Source: Eledone cirrhosa (Eukaryota). From it: a stretch of 64,000 bases of DNA. Position numbers and translations under genes: made by a program. The first letter of the stretch is position 1; each line of letters begins with the position of its first letter. This document shows, one piece after another, positions 39,803 through 51,712 of the stretch. The notes beneath the pieces were generated by a model. That model did no database searches, was not told where the DNA came from, and was given only the letters and a program-made list of their open reading frames with translations. The stretch lies in the NCBI GenBank assembly GCA_964016885.1, contig OZ024741.1, forward strand, positions 93,744,001 through 93,808,000, given 5' to 3'.

Positions 39803-40353
39803 TATAGAACACCCCACTCGATTTCATTGGGAAAAATTTTTTTCCTGTTTTTTTTTCTCTAACCTCTAAGATTCTGACAATCAACTTTTTTCCCGGAGAA
39901 CGGAGTGGGTGGGGTGGATAACCCCATGCTTGGAGTTTTCCCTACGGAGTTTTTTTTCTCGTGTAATCCACGAGTAGGACTTCCAACACAGTCCGAAACG
40001 ACTAGATTTGTGGAAAAACTGGGGTGAAACGGGACGAAAAGACCATCAGTTTGGTAGATCTACACACCTCTTGCGTTTGGTGGGAAATAATTATCTTTAC
40101 TTTTTTTTTTCTGGGTCTCTTAGATGCTTGCAATCGACTTTTTTTCCCGGATTAGGGTCAGAGTTAGAGTTTTTGTTTTCCGCGGTAAAAAGTCGATTGC
40201 AAGTACCTAAGTGGCCCAGAACCCCCCACCCCCCAGGTTCTCGGTGAAAAAAAGTAATTTGCAGAATCTTGGAGGTTAGATTAGTTGATAGCACACGAAA
40301 ACAAAAAGAGGAAAAAATGATTCCCCACTGAAATCGAGTGGGGGTGTTCTATA
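39803..40353. mobile_element. Foldback/MITE-like element with long imperfect terminal inverted repeats
   Basis: TA-TAGAACACCCCACTCGATTTCA ... TGAAATCGAGTGGGGGTGTTCTA-TA, plus matching subterminal inverted blocks over ~120 bp. Confidence 0.75.
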
Positions 40354-41652
40354 AATTTACCAAAAGAAAAAAAAAAAGAATTAACATATTTAATGGAATG
40401 AACATGGAAAAGTTAATTAATATAATTTTTGCAAGATCTTCAAGTGTAGTCATATCCATTGATTATATCTTGTTAATTAGCAATAAAATTTGTGATTTCG
40501 GGAGAATTTTAGTTATTATAGAGTTGCCTTCCCTTACTTCAAAATAAAATTTTAAATAGATCTGAAATAGTTCACGAGTATTACATCTCTACTTCATCTG
40601 TCAAACATTTTCTTGGGGGGGAACCCCTCCCCCCCTCTTGTCTAAATATGAACAAATTATTGGTAGTAAAATAAATGGTTCATTCAAAAATATTTATAGA
40701 TATGAAGCCATTTTTAAACATTAAATATATCTCTTAGCTAGTTATATCTGAAGATTTTTAATAGCTTCATCCCAAATACGTCTGGACAGTTGCCTCTCCA
40801 CTAATCTTTGTTGATCTAAGTAAACTGAAGACCGGTCTGGAGTAAAGTAGACAATAACTGCTCTTACATCACATTGGCATGGGTTTTTTTTTACATACCT
40901 TTAGTAAAAAGAAGCAAAAGAAAAAAACATCTTTTTGTATTGGTTTCGTGAATTCTTAAGAACGAAACACAATTGTGATGATAACATTTTATAGGAGTTT
41001 CCGTAACAACTATTCTTCACCCAACATATTCATGGGAGCGGAGTCTGTTCTGCTAGAGACCAGGTCACAGGTAGCAGATACTCAAGTATAACGCCTAGTA
41101 CTGAGAAATGTGAGCAAGGAAGATTCTGAATATGTGAAAACAGATGAAACATGATATAAACACTCCATTCAAAATAAATTAAAATCAGCCATTACAGTAA
41201 AGTGCAATGTGTGAGATTTAGCTGCTATTTCTAGTTTCTTCTACTAGTTTGTTTGAGAGTGTAGGTGGAAGTAGTTCTCTAAAGGTTGCCCACCACCAAA
41301 TATAACAGGAGCTTCGCCCAGTAAGTAACAATACCTCAGGACATTTGCCTATTTGTTGACAGGATTACCTCCAACTCAGGTAATTACAGGGACCAGTTGA
41401 AATAGTGGTTTCAATTATATATTTTAATTAGCATTCTAATAAGAAAGAAAAAAGAAAAGAAAAATAGATGTGTAACAAAAATTTCGCAAAACAATTATTT
41501 TTGTTTTGACAACTATAGAGGAATTTGTCATTAGAATTATATATAGAGAGAGAAAGAGAGAAACATTAACTCAACATCAAACAACTGGTAACAATTTTAG
41601 TACTTCATTGAAAACCAAAAGTATTCACATAGACTGCCTTAAATTTTAAACT

Positions 41653-43281
41653 TTAACGTTTTGTCTTTGCTAACTTTTCTTTGCGTTTTTTCACGTGCTT
41701 TGGGATTTTTTGTGTTCTGCTTTTTTGTTTAGCTTCTTTCACTAATTTTTTGCGGTTCTTGCGACTGTTGGGGGATTCGTTCCTGGCTCTATGGTGAATA
41801 TTTTCTTCAACGTTTTTACCGCTATCTTCATTTTCGTCATCACTATCCTGTCCACTATCATCTGTTTCATCAGAGTTTGCTATAGACTCTTCTGCAGAAC
41901 AAGCTTCATCGTTTTGTTTAAGTAATAATGGATCTGTTTGTGGTCCACTCAAATCGGGTTTTTGACCAACAACAGTCTGATAATATACGTGATCTGTGTC
42001 TCCTCTCTTAGCATTTAAAATATCACGCTCAAAATTAACAACTTCGTCGAGATTTCTCGGGATAAAGATCTTCTTAAATACCTCTTCGTCTACTTTGTCT
42101 TGTTGCGTGATTTCCTCTAAAGTCCTTCCAGCAGTAATGGACATGGCTTTATCCAGGTAATCGTCCATGTTTGTATCGGTTATAGAAGAATCAGTAACAA
42201 AGTCGAATAATTCCTTCACGGTTAAACCACAGACAGAATGTTTACGGAAGAAATCCGTCACGTTTGTGCAGTCTTTACGCAAGAAAAACAATGCGTTAGG
42301 ATGGTCATGCTCGACCGATTGCGAAACATCGATCAAATAGATTTTCCCTTCATGAAACAACATGTTGAACTCACTAAGATCGGCATGAACTAACCGACAT
42401 TTATGATACAAAGTTCTCATCATTAATAAACAATCAAGATACAACTCACGAGCTTTGGATTCCGATAAGACAGCCTCGTGGAGCAAAGGCGCTGGCCAGC
42501 CGTCTTTTCCTATAAACTCCATTAAGAGAACATGACTTCGTAACAGAATAGGTTTCGGACATAAAATACCGGACTGGTGTATTCTTAGAAGATTTCGCAT
42601 TTCTTTCTCAGCCCATGTTCTGACCATCTTTCTTGGATTCCGTTTACAATAGCCATGTCTAAATCTGAATTCACCCGAGACGTACTTATCTCGATCTTTA
42701 AAGACCAAAATCGAAGTTTTGTAAATTTTTACAGCTATATCAAAATCATCTTTTCCAGTGGCGTGGTAAACGTTGGCTTCTTTACCAGTACTAATGCAAC
42801 CATTAATATTATGTATGGTACCGCGACCTAAAAGTTTAAAAATTATCATCCGAGTGCGTGGATCAAGAGCTTGTTCTGAAGTGGCTCTCTCAGACTTATC
42901 CTTTCCACGATGGCGTTCCGCTTGGGCTTTTCGTTCTGATTTATCAACAAAACGATTTGATGGTCCTTCGTATTTCGAGGTTTTCATCTTCAAATCAAGA
43001 ACATTTTGAAGAACTTTATCACGAGGCTGATAAGACTGCTTCGTATCTTTACCTTGTAACATTGTGTGGGGTGAATTCTTTTGTCCACCAGACATGGCAG
43101 TGTTATATCTCTTCGTAAAGTTTCCAGACGTGTTGGTCCATTCAAAAGTCAGATCATCGTCGTAATCAGAAGAATCCTCATCTTCTTCACTTGAAGAACT
43201 ACTGTAAACTTCCCTTTTGTTTTCATCTTGAAATGGAGGCTCCGACACATCATCTACAGCATCGTCAAACTGTCCATCCAT
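41653..43281 (-). CDS. RIOK1: Serine/threonine-protein kinase RIO1, intronless CDS, 542 aa
   Basis: RIO1 signatures [56 protein letters not shown]; N-terminal GQFDDA; basic C-terminal [12 protein letters not shown]; uninterrupted ORF. Confidence 0.97.
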   Translation of the reverse strand: MDGQFDDAVDDVSEPPFQDENKREVYSSSSSEEDEDSSDYDDDLTFEWTNTSGNFTKRYNTAMSGGQKNSPHTMLQGKDTKQSYQPRDKVLQNVLDLKMKTSKYEGPSNRFVDKSERKAQAERHRGKDKSERATSEQALDPRTRMIIFKLLGRGTIHNINGCISTGKEANVYHATGKDDFDIAVKIYKTSILVFKDRDKYVSGEFRFRHGYCKRNPRKMVRTWAEKEMRNLLRIHQSGILCPKPILLRSHVLLMEFIGKDGWPAPLLHEAVLSESKARELYLDCLLMMRTLYHKCRLVHADLSEFNMLFHEGKIYLIDVSQSVEHDHPNALFFLRKDCTNVTDFFRKHSVCGLTVKELFDFVTDSSITDTNMDDYLDKAMSITAGRTLEEITQQDKVDEEVFKKIFIPRNLDEVVNFERDILNAKRGDTDHVYYQTVVGQKPDLSGPQTDPLLLKQNDEACSAEESIANSDETDDSGQDSDDENEDSGKNVEENIHHRARNESPNSRKNRKKLVKEAKQKSRTQKIPKHVKKRKEKLAKTKR

Positions 43282-45460
43282 GTTATCGCATAAACAAAAT
43301 AAAGTTAAAAGTTAAGAACTTAGTAACGAATTGTCCAACTAAACAAGTGCAAGAGGCCATAAATATGTGGGCTTATGGGTAATTTGATAGACTAAAGTAA
43401 ATACTTTCCCAAGAAACTATTTTGACTGCGTTTAAAGCAAAAATATTTCATACATAAAATAGGATTTCTTTTTTAAAATACATAATTATTATATTTGAAA
43501 CTTTAATTGACACAATACTTATATGCATAGTTACGAAGTTGTTTGAGCGAGCAACGATAGAACCGGTGTTAAAGCAAATTACTTCGCTATAGCCGAAAAT
43601 ACACATGACTAATTTCTTAGTAATTTCTTTATTCATTCAAACTTTTAAAGTTTGCATTTGAAAATTATTCTAGCTTACGTTTTTTAGCAGCTGAGATGTA
43701 TCACTGGTAAATTTTGTACATTTATTTTCAAATTTGATGTAATAAATAATTAGGTATTATTACGCACCCCAAAATGTATATTTACTTGAATACACATTAA
43801 ATGAATATCTTATTTTCATTATCAATCGACATTTATTCGAATTACCATATAAATTGATCTCATTTCATCATGTTTTATTTTAGATGGCCGATTCGTTGTG
43901 TAGGAGTAAACACCTAATGTTAGACAACGACCCAGTTTCGATTTCTTTACTCACACACATACATACACACACACGCGCGCATTCATACGAACACGCACAC
44001 GCACATACATGGAATGGACCTCCGTCGGTTTCGACAATAAGTTTTTAAGTTGTTGGTCTGATGGAACAGCCTGTTATTGAAATTAACGTGTAAGTGACTG
44101 AGCATTCCACACATAATTCTCAAAGATTCAACGTGGCACATTGAATTACAGGCACAGTCCATTCGATGGTTTCAAAACATTCCAAATTTTCACAACAAAC
44201 TGTCGTTTAGTAAAGAAACTATATGTAACCTCATCCCATCCTCGTATCTGGGTCGGCGGTTATGGACCTATGGACCAGCACTCTCCATTTTTTCCTCTCG
44301 TGCTATTGCCGTACATTCCACCAAACTCCTCCCTTAATATCATCTGTCCATCTTCTTGTCTGCTGTCCCCTGGCTCTTTTCCTTCTTTACAAGGATGTGG
44401 GTAGTCAAATTTTGGGCCCTGATGACATGACCAAAATACTGAAGTTAAAGAAACTATAAACATTTGAATTAACTAACCCATTTTTAGATATTTTATGCTA
44501 AATCACTATAGGATCTTAAGAGTTGATTATTGTAATTTTGTAATTAAATTGACTCCAGTGCATTACTAGTGCTTTATTTTATCGACCCCATAAGAATGAA
44601 AGGCAAATCAGAATTTGAACTAAGAACGTAAAGGGCCGTAACTATGCCACAAAGCATGGTCCTACGCTCTACTGATACTGCCAATCCACAGCGAAAAAAA
44701 TAATGAAAGGAGATACTGAGAAGGAACATAATCAAAAGAAAAAGATACTCTCAGAGTGTGCTTCAAAGTGTAGAAAACATTGTAATCTGTTTGAGAGTAT
44801 TAATCCTGGGCCTGGTGAAATCAGTTGGGTCAGTAGATGACCAATTAGTAGTTGATTCAGCAGAATTAGTGTCAACTAGTGAAGGTGCATGGCTTAGTGG
44901 TTAGAGAATTGGATTTTCAATTGTGATGCTGCAAGTTTGATACCCAGACAAGGCAATGTGTTATATCATTGAGCAAGGCACTTCATTTCACGTTCTTTCT
45001 GCCAGGTGTTGTGACTGGTAGATAGTTTCAGCAATGGAAACGTTACCTTGGTCTGATTTGATGAATTTCATCCACTGCAGTAAGCAGACGAGGTCTGGGA
45101 TCTTGTTGATTGATTAAAAAAAGTTACCACAAATCATCATCATCATCATTTTACATCCCCTTTTCTATACTTGCATGGGTTGAATGAGTTCATTCCAGCA
45201 CAGCATCCCTTCATTCGTCTTGATTCTTCTTCATCTCCTCTCTGAATGGGTGCAGTTATTTGAGAGACATGTATCTGCTTGACTTGCAAAGAAGGGATAC
45301 CCCTCACTCTCAATCAATTACTTTAAGAACCTTGCTATTTTGGAGTTACCACCCTAATTGTGGGGTTATGAAACATTTCCTACATACACTAATAAAACAA
45401 TAAATAAAAAATGAGTGGTGAAGAGGTGTTTCATGCAAAAAGATGGGAAGAAAAAATGGT

Positions 45461-45684
45461 TGTGCTGGTGCTATGATAAAATGCACCCAGCCTGCTCTGT
45501 AAAGTAGTAGTGCTGGATATCATGATAAAATACATCCAGCCCACTCTGTAAAGTGGTAGTGCTGGGTGCTATGATAAAATGCACCCAGCCCGCTCTGTAA
45601 AGTAGTAGTGCCGGGTTCCATGATAAAATGCACCCAGCCCGCTCTGTAAAGTAGTACTTCTGGGTGCCATGATAAAATGCACAG
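45461..45684 (+). repeat. Tandem array (~4.5 x 48-49 bp) of hairpin units related to the RTE-tail repeat
   Basis: Unit GTGCTGGGTGCTATGATAAAATGCACCCAGCCCGCTCTGTAAAGTAGTA with a GCTGGGTGC/GCACCCAGC stem; reverse copy ~59730-59880. Confidence 0.85.
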
Positions 45685-45984
45685 AGACAATAAGTGACTG
45701 GAAATAGTTGGGTGTGTGGTCAAATTCCTCAGCTAGATGGGATTGAGCTACAGAAGAAATAATGAAGATTGGTGGATATATGCAGTAAAAAGAAAGGAAA
45801 GAGACCCTCTTTGATCATAACTGGTCATAGGTTTTGCATCCATGAATGATAAACTCTGTTTGACTGTCACTTTTCCATGCTTGCATGGGTTGGATGGCTC
45901 CTTTCCAACACAGCCTCCCTCCACTTACAGTGTTCTTTTGTCATATCCTCTGAGTGAACTGGGGGAAAAACTAGACATAAGACA

Positions 45985-46400
45985 AAATGGATGTAATGTG
46001 CAAAAGAGAGGACTGTTGGTATGGGCATGTGATACATATGGTAAATGACAGCTGTATAAAGAAGTGCAGAGAAATTTCCATGGATGGGACTTGTGGAAGA
46101 GGCAGACCCGGGAAAACTTGCGATGAGGTAGTGAAAACCAGCCTTAAGAAGCTGAACTTCACAACGGAGATGACAAAGGGCTGTGAGCATTGGCAATATG
46201 TTATACTGGAGAGGATCCGCATACAGACATAAAATGTGACCTGTATGGATGGCTGCAGTGTGCATGAGAGAAGATTGTGTTAATATGGACATGTGATGTG
46301 TTTGGAAGATGACACCTGTATAAAGAAGTGCAGAGAAATCTCTGTGGATGGGACTTGTGGAAGAGGTAGACCTAGGAAGGCATGGGATGAAGTAGTGAAA
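45985..46400 (+). mobile_element. Two tandem RTE C-terminal fragments
   Basis: 'WYGHVIHM..DSCIKKCREISMDGTCGRGRPGKT' occurs twice (~46005 and ~46265). Confidence 0.7.
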
Positions 46401-46689
46401 AACAACTGTGACAGTGTATCTCCAGCTCAATGTAAATTGTTGGTACAGGGAAGTATCAAAAAGTAGATAGATATTAAGTTCTGACCTATGTCACCTTTGA
46501 TTGAATCAGAGTGTTTCAGGATGTTCCTTTTACAGAACTTATAATTAACAAAAAAAAAACAATGGAGTATTCAAACAGAATTTATTAGGATCCTTTACAA
46601 TTGTTTCTGTGTATAAGTGAATTTTCATATTTCAGAATCTTCTTTAGAGACCCTGTGTATTCTCCTACTTTGGGATTTCCTTGGAGAAT

Positions 46690-47759
46690 TAGATTTTATA
46701 TGTGGCCAGTGCTCAGGTGCAATAAGTAGCAGCAAGTGCCCAAAGAATACTAGCTCATTCCATTGCACAGATGGTTCTATAGAAATAGTGGACACCTTCC
46801 GTTATCTGGGTGACAAAACCAGCAGTGGTGGAGGGTGCTCTGAAAGTACAGTAGCTAGAGTCAGAACGGGATGGAAAAAGTTCAGAGAGCTTATACCACT
46901 ATTGGCCGCTAAAGGTTTCTCTCTAAAAATGAAAAATGAAAGGCAGACTGTATGATGCCTGCATACGAACAGCAATGTTACATGGCAGTGAGACTTGGGC
47001 ATTGTGTGCAGAGGATATACGCAGACTGGAGAGGAACGAAGCTTGCATGCTCCGTTGGATGTGTAATAGTAATATACGTGAACTGCAAAACATAAATGAA
47101 CTAAGTGAGAAATTAGGAATAAGAGGGATCAGATGTTGTTTACTCGAGAGAAGGCTACGTTGGTATGGTCACGTGATGCGCATGAAAGACGACAGCTGTA
47201 TAAAAAAGTGCAGGGCGATCAAAATAGACGGTAGCCACGGAGTAGGCAGACCCAGAAAAACCTTGGACGACTTGATAAATTCCGACCTCACACACTTACA
47301 CCTCTCAAGACAATGTCACTGGACCGAGATCTTTGGCGCTACGCAGTAATACAGAAGACCCGCCTTGCCTAAGTGCAAAGCGAAACCTACAGTCAGTAGG
47401 CACCTCTTACCAAAATACACCCCCGTCCCACTACCCCCACCCCATCCACACCACCCCTTTCGATGTAAAGTTATGTAGGTACCACAACATCCAGTCCTAA
47501 ATAAATGAGGTTGTGTAGGTGTCACGACAAAAAAACACACAGTCCACGCTGTAATGTGGCCGTGTAGGTAACACGGTAAAAACCTCCCAGTTCACACTGT
47601 AAACGTGGTTGGTGTTAGGAAGGGCATCTAGCCGTAGAAAACTCGCCAGACAGTCCTATACGAGCAAGACAACCAATCTTGCCTCAAGTGGGAAAATTCC
47701 CGTCCAAACCCATGCTAGCGTGGAAAATGGACGTTAAACGATGATGATGATGATGATGA
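46690..47759 (+). mobile_element. RTE LINE 3' portion with (GAT)n tail
   Basis: 'FRYLGD..VARVRTGWKKFRELIPLL', 'KGRLYDACIRTAMLHGSETW..RRLRWYGHVMRM..GRPRKT'; tail GTTAAAC(GAT)n at 47733-47759. Confidence 0.85.
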
Positions 47760-48532
47760 ATATACATACATTCGATTTAAACAGTTTGTTTTACTTTTGT
47801 ACACTGGATGGGTTTTTATGCACTTCATTAAGAGACAAATTTTTGAGGAATTTATCTATTTTGTAGAGAGTAGTTGTTTAGACTGAAGTATTTACTGGAA
47901 TAAAAAAAAAAGTTAATCTTTGAAATATAGTCTTTGCTATAGTGGAGGAGTATGTTCACCAGGAGAGAATCTCAGCAGGTTCTAGGTGCATGCTAATCAA
48001 GTTTAGAAGGTTAGTGTATATTATTTTCTTGGTATGCATAGTGATTGTGTATCTTTGTGCTATTGATGGAGATTAAATATGTATGACTTGATTGGAGAAT
48101 GTTTTCAAGGTTTCTGTTCGTGGAATCAGTGCAGGTGTAGCATGATGTATGTAAGTTGCTTGTGAATGATGCTTGTGGGTAGAATTTTAGGGAGGAATGA
48201 AAAATGGTATCATCTGCATAGGGGAGAGGGAATTGTTGAGTTGATAGCCAGTAGTTTGTTGATACATAAGAGGAAGAGTGTGGGGAACAAACCTAACCTT
48301 GGATCTGAAAAGAAACCACTGATCCACGAGACAAGAGATGGATAGAATTCATAATCAAATAGTTTAGCTAGATTTGCTTGCTAGACACAATCAAATACTT
48401 TGCTGCTGTCAAGTGTAAGACACTGATTTCATCAAATTTCTCAACGGTTATAGCCCACCATTAGTCATTAAAGACTGTCGTGGATTCAAAGTATTACAAA
48501 GAGTTCTTATTTATGGCTGTTTTCATAAGTTC

Positions 48533-48756
48533 TGTGATGCTGGAAATAATTGTTTCTACTTTTGGCACAAGGCCAGTAAGTATCCAGTGCATTACTGGTA
48601 CTTTATTTTATCGACCCCGTAAGGATGAAAGGCAAAGTAAACCTCGGCGGGATTTGAACTCAGAATGGCAAGGACCGTAACTCTATGCGTCAAAGCATGG
48701 CGTCCGACCCTCTACCGATACTGCCAATCCACCGCCTATGTGATGCTGGCAATAAT
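48533..48756 (-). mobile_element. Full-length SINE family A copy with 18-bp TSD
   Basis: Minus strand GGCGGTGGATTGGCAGTATCGG (A box) .. GAGTTCAAATCC (B box); TSD TGTGATGCTGG(A/C)AATAAT on both sides. Confidence 0.85.
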
Positions 48757-48817
48757 ATGAATGACTAAGTGTTAATAGGATCAAGGGAGGTAACTAATAA
48801 AAAAATATTCCACTTAC

Positions 48818-48964
48818 ATTCTACTGTATAGACTATTGGCCACAGGCACACTGCAACCTCAATAAAACAGAGACGAAGTTGAGGTGGGGGTAGTGGGTTG
48901 TACATTTCATACAATATAATAGAGAAATAAGAGTAAAGTGACATGCAGAAAATCTGGTCAATTC
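48818..48964 (-). other. Candidate 147-nt internal exon of an unidentified minus-strand transcript
   Basis: Acceptor ttttcctattctttcag and donor T|gtaagt; open only in phase 1-1 (IDQIFCMSLYSYFSIILYEMYNPLPPPQLRLCFIEVAVCLWPIVYTVE); no recognised homology. Confidence 0.35.
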
Positions 48965-49193
48965 CTGAAAGAATAGGAAAATATACATTAAAATAATGAT
49001 TATGTCAACTCTGCTACTCAAGATGATGAAGATGATATTAAAGAGTAAGAGAAGGAGGAAGAAGAGGACGTTGATTATGAACATCACTTCTTTCTCCTTC
49101 TTCACCTAGTTTAGGGGACCCTCAGAATGTCACAGAATTGCTCTGATTTTCGGAGTAACCAATGAAACATTACTCAGCACACAAGTTGATATG

Positions 49194-49703
49194 CAGGGTG
49201 GATAGAAAGAAACTCCATACTGTAAATTACTTATAACTTTTGGCCAACTGTGACCACTTGAGACAACATCAATGACCTCATATTCATGCAATATGGGGAC
49301 CCTTCTCATTTTTCACACACTGTATGTGAATGGCTTGATGTCCAATTTCCAGGACGTTGGCTGGGTCGTCAAGGTCCACATGAATGGCCAGCAAGAAGCC
49401 CTGATTTAACGGCATACTATTTTTCCCTGGGGGTGGGCGAAGGAAGAAGTTTATAGTTCAAAACTAAAAACTCTGACTCAGTTGACACGTTTGTCATGCA
49501 CTGATCAACATACCACCTGAGTTCCTGATGAAGTCAGTTGAGGATATACCCAGACGATTACAAACACTGGTTAACAACACTGGTGCCTATGTAGAATTTT
49601 AACACTGTACTCTACTTCTATCATTATACTGTTCAAAATAAAACCTGTTTTATGAAAATTGACCAATAATTAATAAAGTTATTAATAATATATATCCACC
49701 CTG
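49194..49703 (+). mobile_element. Internally deleted IS630-Tc1-mariner element (maT/rosa-like)
   Basis: TIR CAGGGTGGATA ... TATCCACCCTG-TA; internal 'FMQYGDPSHF..VCEWLDVQFPGRWLGRQGPHEWPARSPDLT'. Confidence 0.75.
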
Positions 49704-50560
49704 TATAACCTAGTTGGGTATGGCACCACTATCAAACTAGTCGAGTCACTGAATATTTATTTAACCAGAACTTGCTAATCTAGATAAGAAAGTATAAAAG
49801 TTGGGTGTAGAGTGTGAGTAACGAATTACAGCTAATGCATTTACAACATTAGCATTTTTAGTGGAAAGAGATGTAATTGACTGATCCAACTCAAGTTCAT
49901 TACTGCTACTATTTTATAAATTCTGTACATATGAGAGGCAAGTCTATTGAAATGAGCATGCAAAACATAGGAGAAAGAAAATGTTAGGCTTTTATTTCAG
50001 TGCTCTACCATTTTTTCTTCAATCTATTGGTTTTGTTAGTGTAGTAATTGATAACTAACATGTCAAACTTATCAATAACATTGATTAAGAAAAAAAATGT
50101 TTTGAGCAAACCATAATACAGTGTAATTAATTCAGAAAAAAAAACTACTAAGCATTCGTTCAATGCTCTAATTATTCTGCCAACTCACGAATCAGATGCG
50201 TGAGTATGTGTCCGTGAAACATACATATACACCAGGTCTGAACACAAAAGAACCAAACTTCCATTGTCATTGCTTCCGTTTCTCCTGCTCTCACTATCAT
50301 GAGCAAATGGGGACCCACGCGCTGGCGGCCCCGGCGGACAGAATAGAGAAGGCGTTTCCCAGATGGATAGCGAAGGAGACACGTTGGAATAGCCGTTCTA
50401 GCTAGCAAGGCTCACACCTGCTGGTAGCCAACTCTGTGCCCAGGGAGGTGGTCCTAGGCCAAGAACACCAGAAGTCTCCACTGCTACGGGCTCGACTGTA
50501 AACCTGTGGGAGAGCGACCGATAGTCATTCAGCGGCTGACATTTTGGCAGGTATGCTGAG

Positions 50561-51389
50561 ATTATTCTTCTGAAGATCTCAAATCCGGGTAAAATGTCCC
50601 GAGTTATCTCCCATGCTTCCGAATTAAAAAATAATATTGGTTTCTGATTTAGACGAAGGTCTACAATTTGGGGAGAGGGGAAAGTTGATTAAATCGACTC
50701 CAGTGCATTACTGGTACTTTATTTTATTGACCAGTAAGGATGAAAGGCAAAGCTAACCTCAGCAGAATTTGAACTTACATTGTAAAGGGCCGTAACTCTA
50801 TACCATAAAGAATGTACGATTCTCTACCCTATATTTATAATTAAAAAATATTATTGATTCTACTTTAGGCACAAGGCCAACAATTTAGGAGAAGAGCAAA
50901 GTTGATTAAATCAACTCCAGTACTTGACTGGTACTTCATTTTATCGACCCCATAAAGATGAAAGGCAAAGTTGACTTTGGTGGGACTTGAACAAAATACA
51001 GCAATATCATTTTATCCACATTTTAGAAATTATGCCAATCCAATACCCTTAATTTAAAGAATAATAGAGTTCTAGCATAGGTGGTGTGAGAAAACATTTG
51101 AAGGCGAGTATATACCTGTCACCCCACACACAGACACACAATTTATTTTTTTTACTGCTGTGAAGTTACACTAGTGAATTAAGGTTCAATAATTTTGTGT
51201 TTAATACATTTATTCAAACTAGTGTTTAGTGTGAATCAGTATTCTAAGCACAAGCCAAAACCGCTTGAGGCCGTGGTTGGGATTTTACATATCTATATCT
51301 ACACACACACACATATTATTTTTTGATTAGGAAGCATGGGATATAACTCGGGACATTTTACTCGGATTTGAGATCTTCAGAAGAATAAT
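50561..51389. repeat. 60-bp inverted repeat pair (58/60) enclosing ~710 bp that includes two SINE A copies
   Basis: 50561-50620 ATTATTCTTCTGAAGATCTCAAATCC..CCATGCTTCC is reverse-complementary to 51330-51389. Confidence 0.85.
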
Positions 51390-51485
51390 ACTCTGTCTAG
51401 CTCTACACCTTGCTACTGATGTGAACCCAAACATCGAGTGCTCACCTGGGTGAACCTACAGTAACTTCACGTTACACTCCCTGGA

Positions 51486-51538
<53 letters not shown>

Positions 51539-51630
51539 ATGTGTGTGTAAATGATAAACAGAAATAACAACACAATCGGTACATATGGAAGGAATATATT
51601 AGTTTAACGCTTGAAATAGCAGGAAGAGGG

Positions 51631-51666
51631 TCTTAACGTTTCGGACGCTAGTCCTTCATCAGAAGA
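51631..51666 (-). ncRNA. Minimal (Penelope-type) hammerhead ribozyme motif
   Basis: Minus strand UCUU-CUGAUGA-A-GGAC(UAGC)GUCC-GAA-ACGU-U-AAGA: conserved core, 4-bp stem II, 4-bp stem I, palindromic ACGU helix III. Confidence 0.7.
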
Positions 51667-51667
51667 T

Positions 51668-51712
<45 letters not shown>

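Noticed and set aside
43884-43950. tRNA-like sequence upstream of RIOK1
   Set aside because: Only decayed A/B-box-like motifs and no cloverleaf; probably a SINE head remnant.
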